A stretch of 64,000 bases of DNA, taken from Eledone cirrhosa (taxonomy: Eukaryota). The notes beneath the pieces are model-generated. The model did no database searches and was not told the DNA's origin. It was given only the letters and a program-made list of their open reading frames with translations. Location of the stretch: contig OZ024756.1 in assembly GCA_964016885.1 (NCBI GenBank), positions 30,752,001 to 30,816,000 of the forward strand. The letters run 5' to 3'. Position numbers and translations under genes: made by a program. This document shows positions 13,828-27,379 of this stretch, piece after piece (within the stretch, counting starts at the first letter, position 1; each line of letters begins with the position of its first letter).

Positions 13828-14254
13828 CAGTTGGTGAATAATATTAACTATTACAGGCAGTAATTACTTCACCCCTCAATGCTATTGAGTGAGCGTATTA
13901 GATATTCTGTGTTAAAGAGTGTACATCTTTTTGTATTGACGTTAGACGCAGGGCGGTTATATTCAGAAAGATATCGAAGGACAAATCATCTATATGTTAA
14001 ATCCCTGCTAGCAGCTACTTTATAGCATGACATATGACTGGGATATGTATCTTTTATATAGGCTGAACTAAGTAATACCTAACACACACATAGTCCCGTT
14101 CTAAACTCCACAACGTTTGATGAGCAATAGATCCTTCATTCTAGCTGCTAGGAACCGTTAAAAGCATGATTAGTAATAGAATATGTTGAACATTCGATCT
14201 CTAATTAATATATATATATATATATTATATATACATACAGGTAGCAAATGTTTC

Positions 14255-14325
<71 letters not shown>

Positions 14326-14367
14326 CTATATATATACATATGTTTATACGTATGTATATATAGAGAG

Positions 14368-14408
<41 letters not shown>

Positions 14409-14509
14409 CCAGATACGCATGCGCAGAGGCAGAGACAAGGAGAAATAAATAAATAAATAAATAAAATAAAAATGGCGTAAACTTTGCAATAGATTGGGAC
14501 GAAACATAA

Positions 14510-14561
14510 TAGTACCACTGATGATGTCGCAGATGTGCGACGAAAGAACTTTGATAGACTA
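14510..14561 (+). ncRNA. Type I minimal hammerhead ribozyme
   Basis: CTGATGA(14518-14524)-T-GTCGCA-gatg-TGCGAC-GAAA-GAAC-TT-TGAT. Confidence 0.72.
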
Positions 14562-14570
14562 TATATATAT

Positions 14571-14628
14571 GTGGTGCCCCAGCATGGCCTCAGCCGGATG
14601 GCTGAAACAGGTAAAAGAGTAAAAGAGT
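14571..14628 (+). mobile_element. SINE/LINE 3' tail fragment
   Basis: ggtgccccagcatggcc...gctgaaacaggtaaaagagtaaaagag, ending in a short tandem repeat. Confidence 0.45.
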
Positions 14629-15550
14629 ATGTACATATCTGTATTTTGTAACCGCTGATCACTCAATGATAAACATTGATTGCCAAATTAATTAACTATG
14701 GAGATATAAAAGATACAGAAGCGAAAACCAACCCAAACCAAACAGTTAGTGTGTTCTGTTATTATTTCTGACATTATTATAACAATATGACCCTCCCCAA
14801 GTATAACAATATATATACATATATATACAGAGAGACAGAAGAATGTATGTGTATATATAATTTATATAATATTTATCAAACATCCTCTCCTTCTGTAAAT
14901 GAACCCTTTATACCTTATGAAACGTATGACATAATAACAGGACGTAAATAATTTACAAGTGAAATGAGCTGTTAATTTCGCCTGCCATAAATACTAACTA
15001 GGTAATATCTTAACAGAAATCATTGCCAAACTTTAATGGAAAGCTGGGAATTTCGGTTGATTAATATCTAATTGCATTCAATGTTACTTAACCAATGGCG
15101 TTTACTGAGTTGGTGTATAAGGTCGTAGTCATTACTAGCGTTCATTGAGACATCATATATTCCGCAATCACCAATATGTAATTTTGAACTAGTCCATTAG
15201 CGGGTATAATTATAATATGTGGTACCAGCTTGGGGCGGCGTTAACTGAACACATGATTAGTGAGAGCTATTTAACATTTCTCCAATTCAATGCACTAGAG
15301 CGACACTCATTATTCAACATCACCTGCGCCCAGTGATATATATGGACGCTTCGTGTCATGTAACATTTAAGTAGATGAGTTTGAGTATCTTGTGTGATGA
15401 ATGTCTTTCATAGCAAACTAAATTATCGTTAACAAACATTTTGCTAACGATAATTTGCTAACGATAATATTTGTAAATTTCCATTTATTTTCTTTTACTT
15501 TGCCATAAATGCAACTATACTATATGTTTATCTATCTCACTATCTATCTA

Positions 15551-15593
<43 letters not shown>

Positions 15594-15725
15594 GTATACA
15601 CATATATATATATATAGTTGTTATTATACATATATATATATATATATATATAAATGTATATAATTGTATGCCGTCTGTGTATGTATATGTATATGTATAT
15701 ATACATGCATATATATATATAAAGG

Positions 15726-15939
15726 ATCGATCGACTTTCGTCAAATCGGACCGAGGAAACAATGTTTCCGTCGGTCTTTCCAGTTGCTAGTACTATCTAT
15801 CGGTCGCAACTCCAGGTAGAAGGAACAACGTGAAATAAAGTGTCTTGCCAAAGGACATAACGCATCGCCCGGTCCACGAATCGAACTCACATCGTCAAGA
15901 TTGTGAATCCAATTCTCTAACCAATCAGCCACACGCCTT

Positions 15940-15940
<1 letters not shown>
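15726..15940 (-). mobile_element. tRNA-derived SINE, family B (CORE-like)
   Basis: Minus strand TGGCTGATTGG...GAGTTCGATTC...tgtcctttggcaagacacttta. Closely similar to 60534-60746. Confidence 0.85.
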
Positions 15941-15988
<48 letters not shown>

Positions 15989-16038
15989 ATCTATCTATAT
16001 TGTGAATCCAATTCTCTAACCAATCAGCCACACGCCTT

Positions 16039-16097
<59 letters not shown>

Positions 16098-16362
16098 ATA
16101 TATAGTGGGTGTTAACTTGTTATATTTGTAATCAGTTCGCATATAGGGGCAGGAGTTGTTTGTTTTGGAAATAGATGTTTAACTACAACAAAACAGAATG
16201 TAGTATAATGCCTATGTCGTGAGGATTCTGACAAAGAACCAGTATGTCGTTTAGTTTTACATTACATAAACGGCAAGCAAGCACAATGATTATTTTCAAT
16301 GATTGATGAAATAGGAATATAATAACAGATATACATAGCTAATAGAGATTACTGACAGAGAA

Positions 16363-16419
<57 letters not shown>

Positions 16420-16654
16420 GAGAGTGAAAGGCAAGAGCAGGTGCAGAAGGGTAGAGAGAGAAAGAGTGGCAGAGAGTTAGAAGTGAGAGCGGGAGGAAAG
16501 GGCTTCATAGACATAGAAGATTAGAGAGGGAGTTGGACACAATAAAATAACAAAAACTGTGAGATAGAAGGCGCACGATAAAAAAACAGAGATTGAGAGA
16601 GACGTATAGAAAGTGAAACAGAAAAATGTGTGAGAGTGAGAGGGAAAGTAATTA

Positions 16655-16722
<68 letters not shown>

Positions 16723-16784
16723 ACCGCTCTCTATAATCAGTTCCTGATTATTACTAGAATTCTATAAGAATCAAATATTCATGA

Positions 16785-16874
16785 TTTCAGCAAATAGGTG
16801 GAGTACTTGGCTTTGATAAGTACCAAACGGTACGAAACAGAGCTCTGTCAGCTTTATCTCCCCTGTTTGCTGAA
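16785..16874 (+). ncRNA. Hammerhead-derived motif with two core substitutions and a long stem I
   Basis: GGCT-TTGATAA-GTACC-aaac-GGTAC-GAAA-CAGAGCTCTG-TC-AGCT. Outer pairing TTTCAGCAAATAGG/CCTGTTTGCTGAAA. Confidence 0.7.
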
Positions 16875-17015
16875 AATTTAAAGTAAGTGAGACTGTCAAT
16901 ACTCTAAAACAATAGCGTAAGGTCTTCGAAATGCTTTAATTAAGCATACAGTGTATTGCAAAATACACTGTATATACATTCATATATATATCCCTATTTC
17001 AGAGCAATTCTAATT

Positions 17016-17068
<53 letters not shown>

Positions 17069-17233
17069 CATATAGAGGGGAAAGTCACAGAAGGGTGTGT
17101 TTTTCTTTACAGGAATTTCAAACCACCAGCGTGAGGATAATATAAGCTAAAAGAGGCATAGGAAAAACATTAAAATTAAAAGTATAAATTAAAATAAGAA
17201 ACCAACCTCATACCTAGATCACACATGTACAAA

Positions 17234-17304
17234 CTCACCAGGAGAATGTTTCGCCATTTAAGTGGGCTCCAATTCGCCCCTGTGGGTCATCAGCATGTCG
17301 TGAG
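17234..17304 (-). ncRNA. Degenerate hammerhead-like motif
   Basis: Minus strand ctcac..CTGATGA-ccca...tggc-GAAA-catt..gtgag; stems imperfect. Confidence 0.4.
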
Positions 17305-18004
17305 ACCGATATTGTCCGCACTACAAGAGAGAGAGAACTAAAGTAAACTACCTGTAGCACGTGTAGATATAAGGGAAATGCGTGCGCGAGTCAGTAACCG
17401 GTGGCATGAACAGAACAAGCTGCTAGAGATGGCAGCCTATACTATTCAACTTATGGTGCTCGACAGCAGAGAGAGCACAAGGAGCAAATATCAAGTAAAA
17501 TAACGGAGCAAAGGACTCGCGTATAATCCTGTAATGAAATGAGCTCAAAGGAAAGAGTTTTCCAGGGCACTTTAAAATACAATATATAGACGGGAAAGAT
17601 TATATTTTAAAGTGCCCAGGAAAACTCTTTCCTTAGATCTTATTTAATTACAGGATTATATATATATATATATATATATATAACTCTCTCTCTATATATA
17701 TATATACACATATATATATACCCCTCTCTCTCTCTCAATATATATATTATATTTTCATGGTAAAGTCGTGCCGAGATATAGGCAAATTGATGTCTATTGA
17801 AACGTACGTAAGAACCGAATAAATCTCTTTTACTGCATCTTTCTGTTCTTTTTAATTCTTTATACACGCCTCGGAATATAGCTAAACTGGAATATACACC
17901 TTTTTTCTGCATTTCGTTGAGCACCACTCTGTTGTAAGCTGACATTCCACTACACGGTACATAACACTGTGTCCTGGAAAACATTAATGCACTCGTGCAT
18001 AACC

Positions 18005-18054
<50 letters not shown>

Positions 18055-18251
18055 CTCTGTGTGTCTGCACATATCTATCGTGGTATACAGAATAATATAT
18101 TAATAAAGCATAGTATTTGTTAGAAGTAATGAAAGACCGTTCATCACGCGGTTTCTACGTTCATGAGATTTACCAAGATAAAAAAATATAAGTTGATATG
18201 TCACATTAACGATGAACCCTCTAGATCCAAGTTATGATAGACGTTTTATTT

Positions 18252-18933
18252 TAGCCGAATCGGTGGAGCGTCCGGAAACACCCTTCGTGGCCTTGAGTTA
18301 ACTTTGGCTTTCATCTTTACTGGATCGATAAAATGGAGTACCAGAAACTTACAGGGTTCAATTTAATCGATTACCATCTACCCCACGACTCAAAAACAAA
18401 AATAGTAAATTGCTGTTCTTCCTAAATCAGAAGCCATTATTATATTTTAGGATTGGCAGAAACGGTAGAGCGCCGGACACTATGTTTTGCAGCATATTGT
18501 TACGGTCCTTTATGTTCTGAGTTTAAATCCAGCCGAGGTTCGCTTTGCCTTTCATCCTTATCGGGTTGATAAAATAAAGTACTAGTAATGCACTGGGGTC
18601 CATTTAATAGACTTCCCCCTCCTCCTTAAATTGTTGATCTTGTGCCTAAATCAAACCCCATGATTATGTTTCAGGAGGTACTTGATAAGCAATGTTTCAT
18701 TATTCTCTCCAACAGAGGGCGCTGGATTGGCAAAATCGGTAGAGTATTAGACACCATGCTTTGCAGCATAGAGTTACGGACTTTTACGTTCTGAGTTCAA
18801 ATCCCGCCGAGGTTAGCTTTGCCTTTCATCCTTACGGGGTCGATAAAATAAAGTACCAGTAATGCACTGAGAACGATTTAATAGATTTTCCCCTCTCCCC
18901 AAAATTACTGGTCATGTGCCTATAGTAGAAACC
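18252..18933 (+). mobile_element. Cluster of three family A SINEs (about 18252-18440, 18449-18660, 18717-18933)
   Basis: Three repeats of box A/box B and the core gcctttcatcctta..gtcgataaaataaagtaccag. Confidence 0.85.
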
Positions 18934-19164
18934 ATTATTCCCACTAACAACTATATTTTACTGATAAACACACACACTAATATACGCACACACACACTAA
19001 TATACTGGGGTCGATTTTGTCGACTTTCCCCTATCCCTAAATGGCTGGCCTTGTGCCTATAGTAGAAACAACTAATATGTATATATATATATATATTAAT
19101 GATATACATAGCTTAATGCTATATATGGTAAGGCTGTTCGTTTGAAATACACTTACAACTAGAT

Positions 19165-19280
19165 CTTTACAGCTGAGTGTACTGAATCATGGTGAAATAT
19201 AGTGTCTTGCAAAAGGACAAAAATTCGCTGTTGGCGAATCAGTCTTACGATGTTAAGATCTTGAAAGCAACACCTGAACT
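19165..19280 (-). mobile_element. Old CORE-like SINE (family B-related head)
   Basis: gtgaaatatagtgtcttgcaaaaggaca...aagccatgcgccttcac. Confidence 0.6.
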
Positions 19281-19338
19281 ACCAAGCCATGCGCCTTCAC
19301 ATTTAGCCAGTTGAGTAAACACACATACATATATAACT

Positions 19339-19514
19339 GTTTCTACTTTAGGCACAAGGCCAGCAAATTACCCAGTGCATTTATTTTATCGACCCCCGTC
19401 AGGATGAAAGGCAAAGTCAACCTCGGCGGGATTTGAACTCAGATCGTAAAGGGACGTAACTATGCTGGAAAGCATGGCGTCCGACCCTCTACCGATACTG
19501 CCAATCCACCGCCC
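19339..19514 (-). mobile_element. tRNA-derived SINE, family A
   Basis: Full head ...ccgatactgccaatccaccgccc plus core. Confidence 0.88.
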
Positions 19515-19752
19515 ACTAATGTACACTCACGCACGCACACATCTGCGTCAATACATACATACACTCAAACAAATGTAGTATACCAACTTATGCATGTATG
19601 GGTATATACGGTTTTCTTTTACTATCAATTTCTCCCACACTCTCCTCCTTATTTATCTCTCTAACTCTTTCAATCCCTCTTCCTATCTCCCTCTCGTTCA
19701 CCCACTCCCTCTTCCTTTCTCTCTCTCGTTCACTCACTCCCTCTTCCTATCT

Positions 19753-19952
19753 NNNNNNNNNNNNNNNNNNNNNNNNNNNNNNNNNNNNNNNNNNNNNNNN
19801 NNNNNNNNNNNNNNNNNNNNNNNNNNNNNNNNNNNNNNNNNNNNNNNNNNNNNNNNNNNNNNNNNNNNNNNNNNNNNNNNNNNNNNNNNNNNNNNNNNNN
19901 NNNNNNNNNNNNNNNNNNNNNNNNNNNNNNNNNNNNNNNNNNNNNNNNNNNN
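19753..19952. other. Assembly gap (200 N)
   Basis: Run of N. Confidence 1.
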
Positions 19953-20158
19953 GCCTCTCTTGGAAAGTCTCCTCTTTATCGATGTCATTTTGTGAAGCAA
20001 ACTTTAATGTGAGTGTCATGTCAAAAGTTGTAAATTGAAGAAATTGAAATACCTTCTCTACAAGCAAAGTGTATAACAGATTGTCAGCGGCGACCGAGCC
20101 TAACTACATACACATACAGATACACACATACACACATACACACAGGCACACATATTAT

Positions 20159-20225
<67 letters not shown>

Positions 20226-20250
20226 TCATACACATCCTCTTAAATGTATG

Positions 20251-20291
<41 letters not shown>

Positions 20292-20553
20292 ATAACGAAG
20301 GAAGTGTGGTAAGGAACCATATGGACCATAACGCACCAGAGTAGTAGAGTGGGTAATAGAAAAATCTTTGACCCCGACGGCAGAGCTCAAGCCCTTTCCA
20401 CCGCTATTTCTGGACTCATATATATATATACACATAAATATATGTTATTTTCATAAATATTTGCTCTTTGCTCTACGGTTCTTATATATTTGATATATAT
20501 TTATCCTTATCGAGCCCTCTTTGGATTTTAGTCTTCAAATTTATTATTATTAC

Positions 20554-20588
<35 letters not shown>

Positions 20589-21209
20589 ATATATATATAT
20601 ATATATATATATATCTATATATATATATATATATGTATGTGTATGATTATGTATATCTATCTATATATATATGTGTATTTATATATTCATGGATATATAT
20701 ATATATATACACGCATGCAGTTGGTTATATATAAATTGGAATATAGATTATGATTGACTCAAGTGTTATGCCTTGTTGCACTTACTCACACACCAGGTAT
20801 ATGCGTGCATTTTATGAGGAAGACAATATGGAAAGTGTTATGTCCGTCGGGTACATATATGTTCGGTTATTAATGATGAACTCTATTTGGCTAATTGAAT
20901 TGTCCGTGGATTTACAGATGAAAGAGCTTCTAGCGTTCGGGCTACTGAGGTGTTAATGGAGGTGACTGTTCAAGTTTAAATTACAACCAAAATTTTACGT
21001 GAAAATTGGATCGAACTGGTTAAACAGATTTCAAATACCTGGGATATTTACAGGCACAATTTCCGTGGTTGCTAGCAATTGTACAATAGGCCTTATTTCT
21101 GTTTAGAAATACAACAGAATGCTTTAAAATCTGGAGCCTTTTCAGTTCGGCAAAGTCTAGTTCTGCCAAGCTTTCAGAGGAACAACGTAGAATGCTACGG
21201 TCAGATATA

Positions 21210-21370
21210 GTATTTCCCTACTCACTACCACGGGCGCTGAGCTGGCCAGGAGCAGGTGTTAACCTCGTGAGTTGGAATGGCTTTTCCAGCGCGTCTCCGT
21301 TGCTGTCCTCCGGGGAAATACCTTCTACATTCTGTCCGCGAGGGCTGTGGGGAGGCCACCAATATGATTG
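21210..21370 (+). mobile_element. CRE-like non-LTR fragment (ORF C-terminus)
   Basis: Reads TTGAELARSRC*PRELEWLFQRVSVAVLRGNTFYILSA; homologous to the 1340-1680 element. Confidence 0.75.
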
Positions 21371-22153
21371 ACCGACTTGTCATTTTATCAGTCAACTGTT
21401 GCTGTCGTTAGATTACGAGGTATCTGTAGATGAACGTTGATACTCGTGTGGTGCGTGGTATCTCATAATTTCCAGTGCTCTTTGCCTGATTGGAGATACT
21501 AGAAGAAAAAAAAACTTGAACCTATTCATGCTTACGTGTTATAGTTACTTCTTATACAACATATATTGTGAAATGTCCGTAAGAGAAGAGGTGGACGACG
21601 TCAAAAGCTTATACGTTTGAGAAAGTGAGGAGGGGGTATATATACAGACGTAACATGCGGTCATCTGTAACAAATCATAATAATATTCCTCTAGAAATCA
21701 CATTATATCCTGTTTCTAGATAGCATTTCAAATGTAATTATATATAGAGAGAGAGATAGAGAGATTCAGGGTGAGAATTCAGTTTAGAAAGCTAAATTAT
21801 TTTTATATATATATATATAAAGAAAGATATATATATAGAGAGAGAGAACCAATATATGTGTATATATATACATATACATATATATATATATATATGGAGA
21901 GAGAGAGAGAGATGGATAGATAGATGTTAGATAGATAAATATATAGATAGATAGGTAGATAGATAGAAAGATAGATGCATAGGTAGTTGAACGACTGATT
22001 GATACATCGATCTTATGGTTAATATATATTTAAATGTGTTTGTTGATAGATTAATGTAACAAAGTTTCAATAAAGAATAGCAGGAGTTGTATGGAAGATC
22101 ATATGTTCCATAAATCTGCCTTAAATCTATGTGTCCATCTATCTATCTACCGA

Positions 22154-22297
<144 letters not shown>

Positions 22298-22826
22298 TAC
22301 ATATATGTATTCATGTTTCTACACAAGCAAGATATAGACTTTTAATTTCCTTCTATTCAAAACTCTTCTAAGAAAGTAAAATCCGATATAATATTCCCGC
22401 TCATTACACAATATCGATTGAACACACTTCTGTAATCGAAAGTCATAATATCTTTACTAAAGTAAGTTATTTAACTTAAGATAGATAGAGATAGAGAGAT
22501 TGGAGTATAGAGGGTCTGCAGAAAGGAGAGAGGGGGGTGGGAGATATGGAGAAAACGAGAAAGTTATCAAATGCGGCAATAACCAATATTTCTCATATGA
22601 TAGTCATTTTAGTGTAAAGTATAATCAATTACTAAATATATATTTTCTATGGTAGCCGCGTCCTAATCAGACTATGGAAGCATACAAGTATACAGATATA
22701 CTATTATTTGGCATTATATAATATACATAAATGTATTTGCACTATATACAGGCGCATACTCGTGATAACATACCTGTATATATATCCACATACGCACATA
22801 CATACAAATATAAGTATGTACATATA

Positions 22827-22867
<41 letters not shown>

Positions 22868-23094
22868 AGATTGATATATATGTCTATATATATGTATATA
22901 TATATATCTATATATATGTGTATATGTGTGTGAGTGTGTGTGCATGTGTAATATATATATACATATATATATATATGTAATCACAGTTTAGCAAATAAGA
23001 GAAAGTTTCAAAATAAATTTCAAAATATTCACTGTACTTACTATGGTTACCTTTACCGAAACGGTTTCGAGTCTCATATGTATGTATATATGTT

Positions 23095-23147
<53 letters not shown>

Positions 23148-23154
<7 letters not shown>

Positions 23155-23470
23155 ATCAAAAGATGGTTAAAAGAGTTCCATGTTTATTATGCACATTTGT
23201 GAATAGTGCAGTTTTAAATCAACATATGTTGATTTAAAACTGCACTATTCACAAGTGTTTTTTAACCTTCATATCATGTCTCCCTATTTTATCTGACGAA
23301 AACGCAAATGCCATCTCATGATGATATTTGTTTTTGAAATGCGCATAATAAAATACATGGAACTCTTTCAATCATCTTTTGATCTTATATTATTTATACT
23401 CCAGTCCCACAAACTGTAGAGTGCTACTTATCCGATATCTGCATTGCTTTATTGTACTACAATAAAACTC
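23148..23470 (+). mobile_element. About 320-bp non-autonomous derivative of the PLE (inverted end + HHR + tail)
   Basis: Homologous to 32955-33212, preceded by an inverted copy of the same end. HHR CTGACGA at 23293-23299 and GAAA-TGCGCA-TA at 23336-23347. (TA)n on both sides. Confidence 0.9.
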
Positions 23471-23479
23471 ACCTCCTAC

Positions 23480-23548
<69 letters not shown>

Positions 23549-23554
23549 AATATA

Positions 23555-23632
<78 letters not shown>

Positions 23633-24068
23633 AATATATATATGTGTATATATATATGTGTATAATATATATATATATATATAAGACCATATACACTGGT
23701 GTCTCTTGGGTAAGACTATATATACCCTGTGTATAATATATATATACTATAAGAATGCATTTCTCATCGCTTTAAATGTCGCCACGCGATCTCGTACAAA
23801 GTAATGTGGATGTGTAAAGTTTTGAAAATAAAAGTACTGCTTTTATTGGCGATTATAACGTGATATATTAACTGTCGAATCAGCAGACATTTTATATTCC
23901 AATAGGTCAGAGGTAACAGTTTATTACCGACTATTAAACCACTGTCATACGATTCGTCACATTTTACTTCATCATTGTACAATTAATGCTCATTCTGTAA
24001 TACGAATAACACGTATATTCAACCTGGCATACAGATACACATACATACACATATTCCTGTTCATATAT

Positions 24069-24263
<195 letters not shown>

Positions 24264-24366
24264 CACATATATATACACACGCACACAGACACAAGCACAC
24301 ACACACGCACACACACGCACACACACGCACACACATATGTATATATATATATATATATGTGCGTGC

Positions 24367-24426
<60 letters not shown>

Positions 24427-24441
24427 ATATGAACATGAATA

Positions 24442-24505
<64 letters not shown>

Positions 24506-24849
24506 TATACATATCTATCTATGTATGTATATATGTAATGTTACATAGTTCAAAGGATGGCATATATTTTCATGAGTGCATTAATGCAGTTTCCCACTGA
24601 AATGCCCTGGGCACTCACACACACACACTGACGTGGGTAAAGCATACACACTCACCATATATATACACATATATATATATGTGTGTGTGTGTGTGTCTGT
24701 TTGTGTGTCTGTATGTGTGTCTATGTGTGTGTGTATGTATAATGGTAGCGTTACCACGTGATTTCGCTAGATGCGCTGTGATCAAAATATTTGTAATTTC
24801 TTTCTTTATAATATGTGTATATACATATATATTTATATATACATAATAA

Positions 24850-25743
24850 CGAGGTGGGTCAGAAAATTCCAGGATTGATGTCACAAAAGATTTATTTCAA
24901 ACCCAAACTTCACATATGAGTTTTCTCCTTCAAAGTAATCCCCATGGTGTATGTAACTGTAAACTTAGCTCTCTGCAGCGATCAAACTTTTTTCTTCATA
25001 ATTTTATATACATGTCCTCTGTTTCTGGTTTTCAAGCAATGAGCACAGAGCAAGGAACAAACTTGAAAACTCCGTCAGAAGCACTGGGATTGCTGCAGCA
25101 AGTGTATGGAGATGCGGCGATCTCACGCTCACGTGTATTTGAGTGGTGCAAGAGGTTTAAAGAAGGACGCGAGGACGTGGAAGATGACCCCAGGAGCGGA
25201 AGGCCCTCAACAACCAGGGCTGAGGTCAACGTTGAGTGCGTCAGGCAGATGGTGCGTAGCTATCGTCGGCTGACTGTTCGACTGATGTCAAATGAGCTGG
25301 GCATGAATCGGGACAGCGTCAGGAAGATTATCACAGAAGATTTGTACATGCGGAAAGTCTGCGCGAAGATGGTACCAAAACTGCTGAATGATGACCAGAA
25401 GGGTCGACGCATGCAAGTGTCCCAGGACATCATCGAGCGTCTTGAAACCGAACCAGACTTGCTAGGGACAATCATCAGCGGTGATGAGTCATGGATCTTC
25501 GAGTACGAACAAGAGGGGACCCATTTTGAAGACGTAGACAACATCAAAAAGGCCGTGACGACGGAACTGCGGAGGATCCCGGAAGAATCCTTACAGGAGT
25601 GCATGCAAGCGTGGCAGAAAAGGATGGAAAAGTGCATTAGACTCCAGATGGATTACACTGAAGGAGAAAACTCTTAGTGTGAAGTTTGGGTTTGAAATAA
25701 ATATTTTGTGACATCAGTCCTGGAAATTTTCTGACCCACCTCG
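24850..25743 (+). mobile_element. Internally deleted mariner (Tc1/mariner) transposon
   Basis: TIRs cgaggtgggtcagaaaattccagga... of about 100 bp, TA at the right end (25744-25745), transposase remnant inside. Confidence 0.93.
25039..25677 (+). pseudogene. mariner transposase with in-frame deletion of most of the DD34D catalytic domain
   Basis: HTH region (VFEWCKRFKEGREDVEDDPRSGRP), KVCAKMVPKLL linker, then GDESW joined to FEDVDNIK...WQKRMEKCI. No HDNA or YSPDLAP motif. Confidence 0.88.
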
Positions 25744-25882
25744 TATCGTATAATATATATATATATATATATGCGCGTGTGTGTGTGTGTGTGTGTTTAT
25801 GTGTGTATACATATATATATATATATGTATATATATGATATATGTATATATACATATATATCTATATATATATGTATATATA

Positions 25883-25955
<73 letters not shown>

Positions 25956-26249
25956 TTAAGGATACTATTTATGGTTATGTATATACTAAAACTTTTTATA
26001 GTTATATATATTTTAAACCCTAAACAGTGAAAGACAGTAATTTATTACTACCTTATTACCAGTAAGATAAATAGCTCAATGTAGTAACATCAGTTGTTCT
26101 ACAGAGCAGTTATATAGAATTCACATGAATCAATACAGATACATATATATTATAATGGATGTCATCCCACTGTGCATCGATTTATACATATGTATCTGTA
26201 TGTCTCTTGTGTTGGAAAGGAGGTCATGTATGTAAACAATCATTGAAAA

Positions 26250-26300
26250 ATTGCTCCGAAGACTCCAAACCTCGGTTTGGATGAAACAATTGTAAGCTAA
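26250..26300 (+). ncRNA. Hammerhead-derived motif (one core substitution)
   Basis: GCT-CCGAAGA-cTCCAAAC-ctcg-GTTTGGAt-GAAA-CAATTG-TA-AGC. Confidence 0.7.
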
Positions 26301-26334
26301 TAAATGGGGTTTGAACAGAACTTTGATTCATGTG

Positions 26335-26431
<97 letters not shown>

Positions 26432-26436
26432 CCTAT

Positions 26437-26498
<62 letters not shown>

Positions 26499-26516
26499 TA
26501 TGTATACACACACCGA

Positions 26517-26555
<39 letters not shown>

Positions 26556-26924
26556 ATCATACTTTTACTACAATATTTTCTCGTATTAGGCTTGATGTAG
26601 TTCTAGAAGTACCGACCAATAAGCCAGCCATATATCATGGCTGACATAGTATGTGAGTTTATGCTATAGAATTTTCATATTGTCACATGGTTATATTTAT
26701 CTATCTATATATTTGCTTTTATATTTTTCCACAGCACAGATATTCATTTTTATTATCTTCTGCATTCGCTGAGGCAATTATATTTATATCTCTTTAGGAA
26801 TCTTTTGCAGAACGCTGATTTGCTTATCTTTCCCGACTATCTCCCCATCCCGAACTCTTTAATCATTTGATCAAATTCCCATTCTGCATCTTTCATTTAT
26901 CATCTAATTTTCCCTTCCTCATCA

Positions 26925-26983
26925 TATTGTTGTTGGGGTTGTTGTTGTTGTTGTTAGTAGTAGTAGTAGTGGTAGTAGTAGTA

Positions 26984-27042
<59 letters not shown>

Positions 27043-27052
27043 TGTTGTTGTT
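26925..27052. repeat. (GTT)n/(GTA)n microsatellite
   Basis: Read directly. Confidence 0.95.
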
Positions 27053-27379
27053 TAGTATTGTCGTTGTTCTTTTTGTTAAATATTATATTACATATTTTCT
27101 TCTTAATTTCGATGTCTTTCCATGTATCGATAGTATATTTACTATCCTTTAACGTTTTAACGTTTCAATTTCATAATTTTATATTTATCAAATTTGCCAA
27201 AAACTAGTAAAACGCAAACAACTGATGATATTTTTTTTATGCGTTTATCTGTGCAGGTGGAAAACTGAGCGAGCTATAACAACACGCTTCAAACGAATTA
27301 CAGAGGAAATGGATTTTGTTTTTGTCACGTAACATTTTTATTACCATTATTGACAAAATCGTTACTGCGACGTGCAAAA

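Noticed and set aside
14110-14165. TTGATGA-gca...tgc-taggaa possible HHR
   Set aside because: Both core halves are altered; too degenerate.
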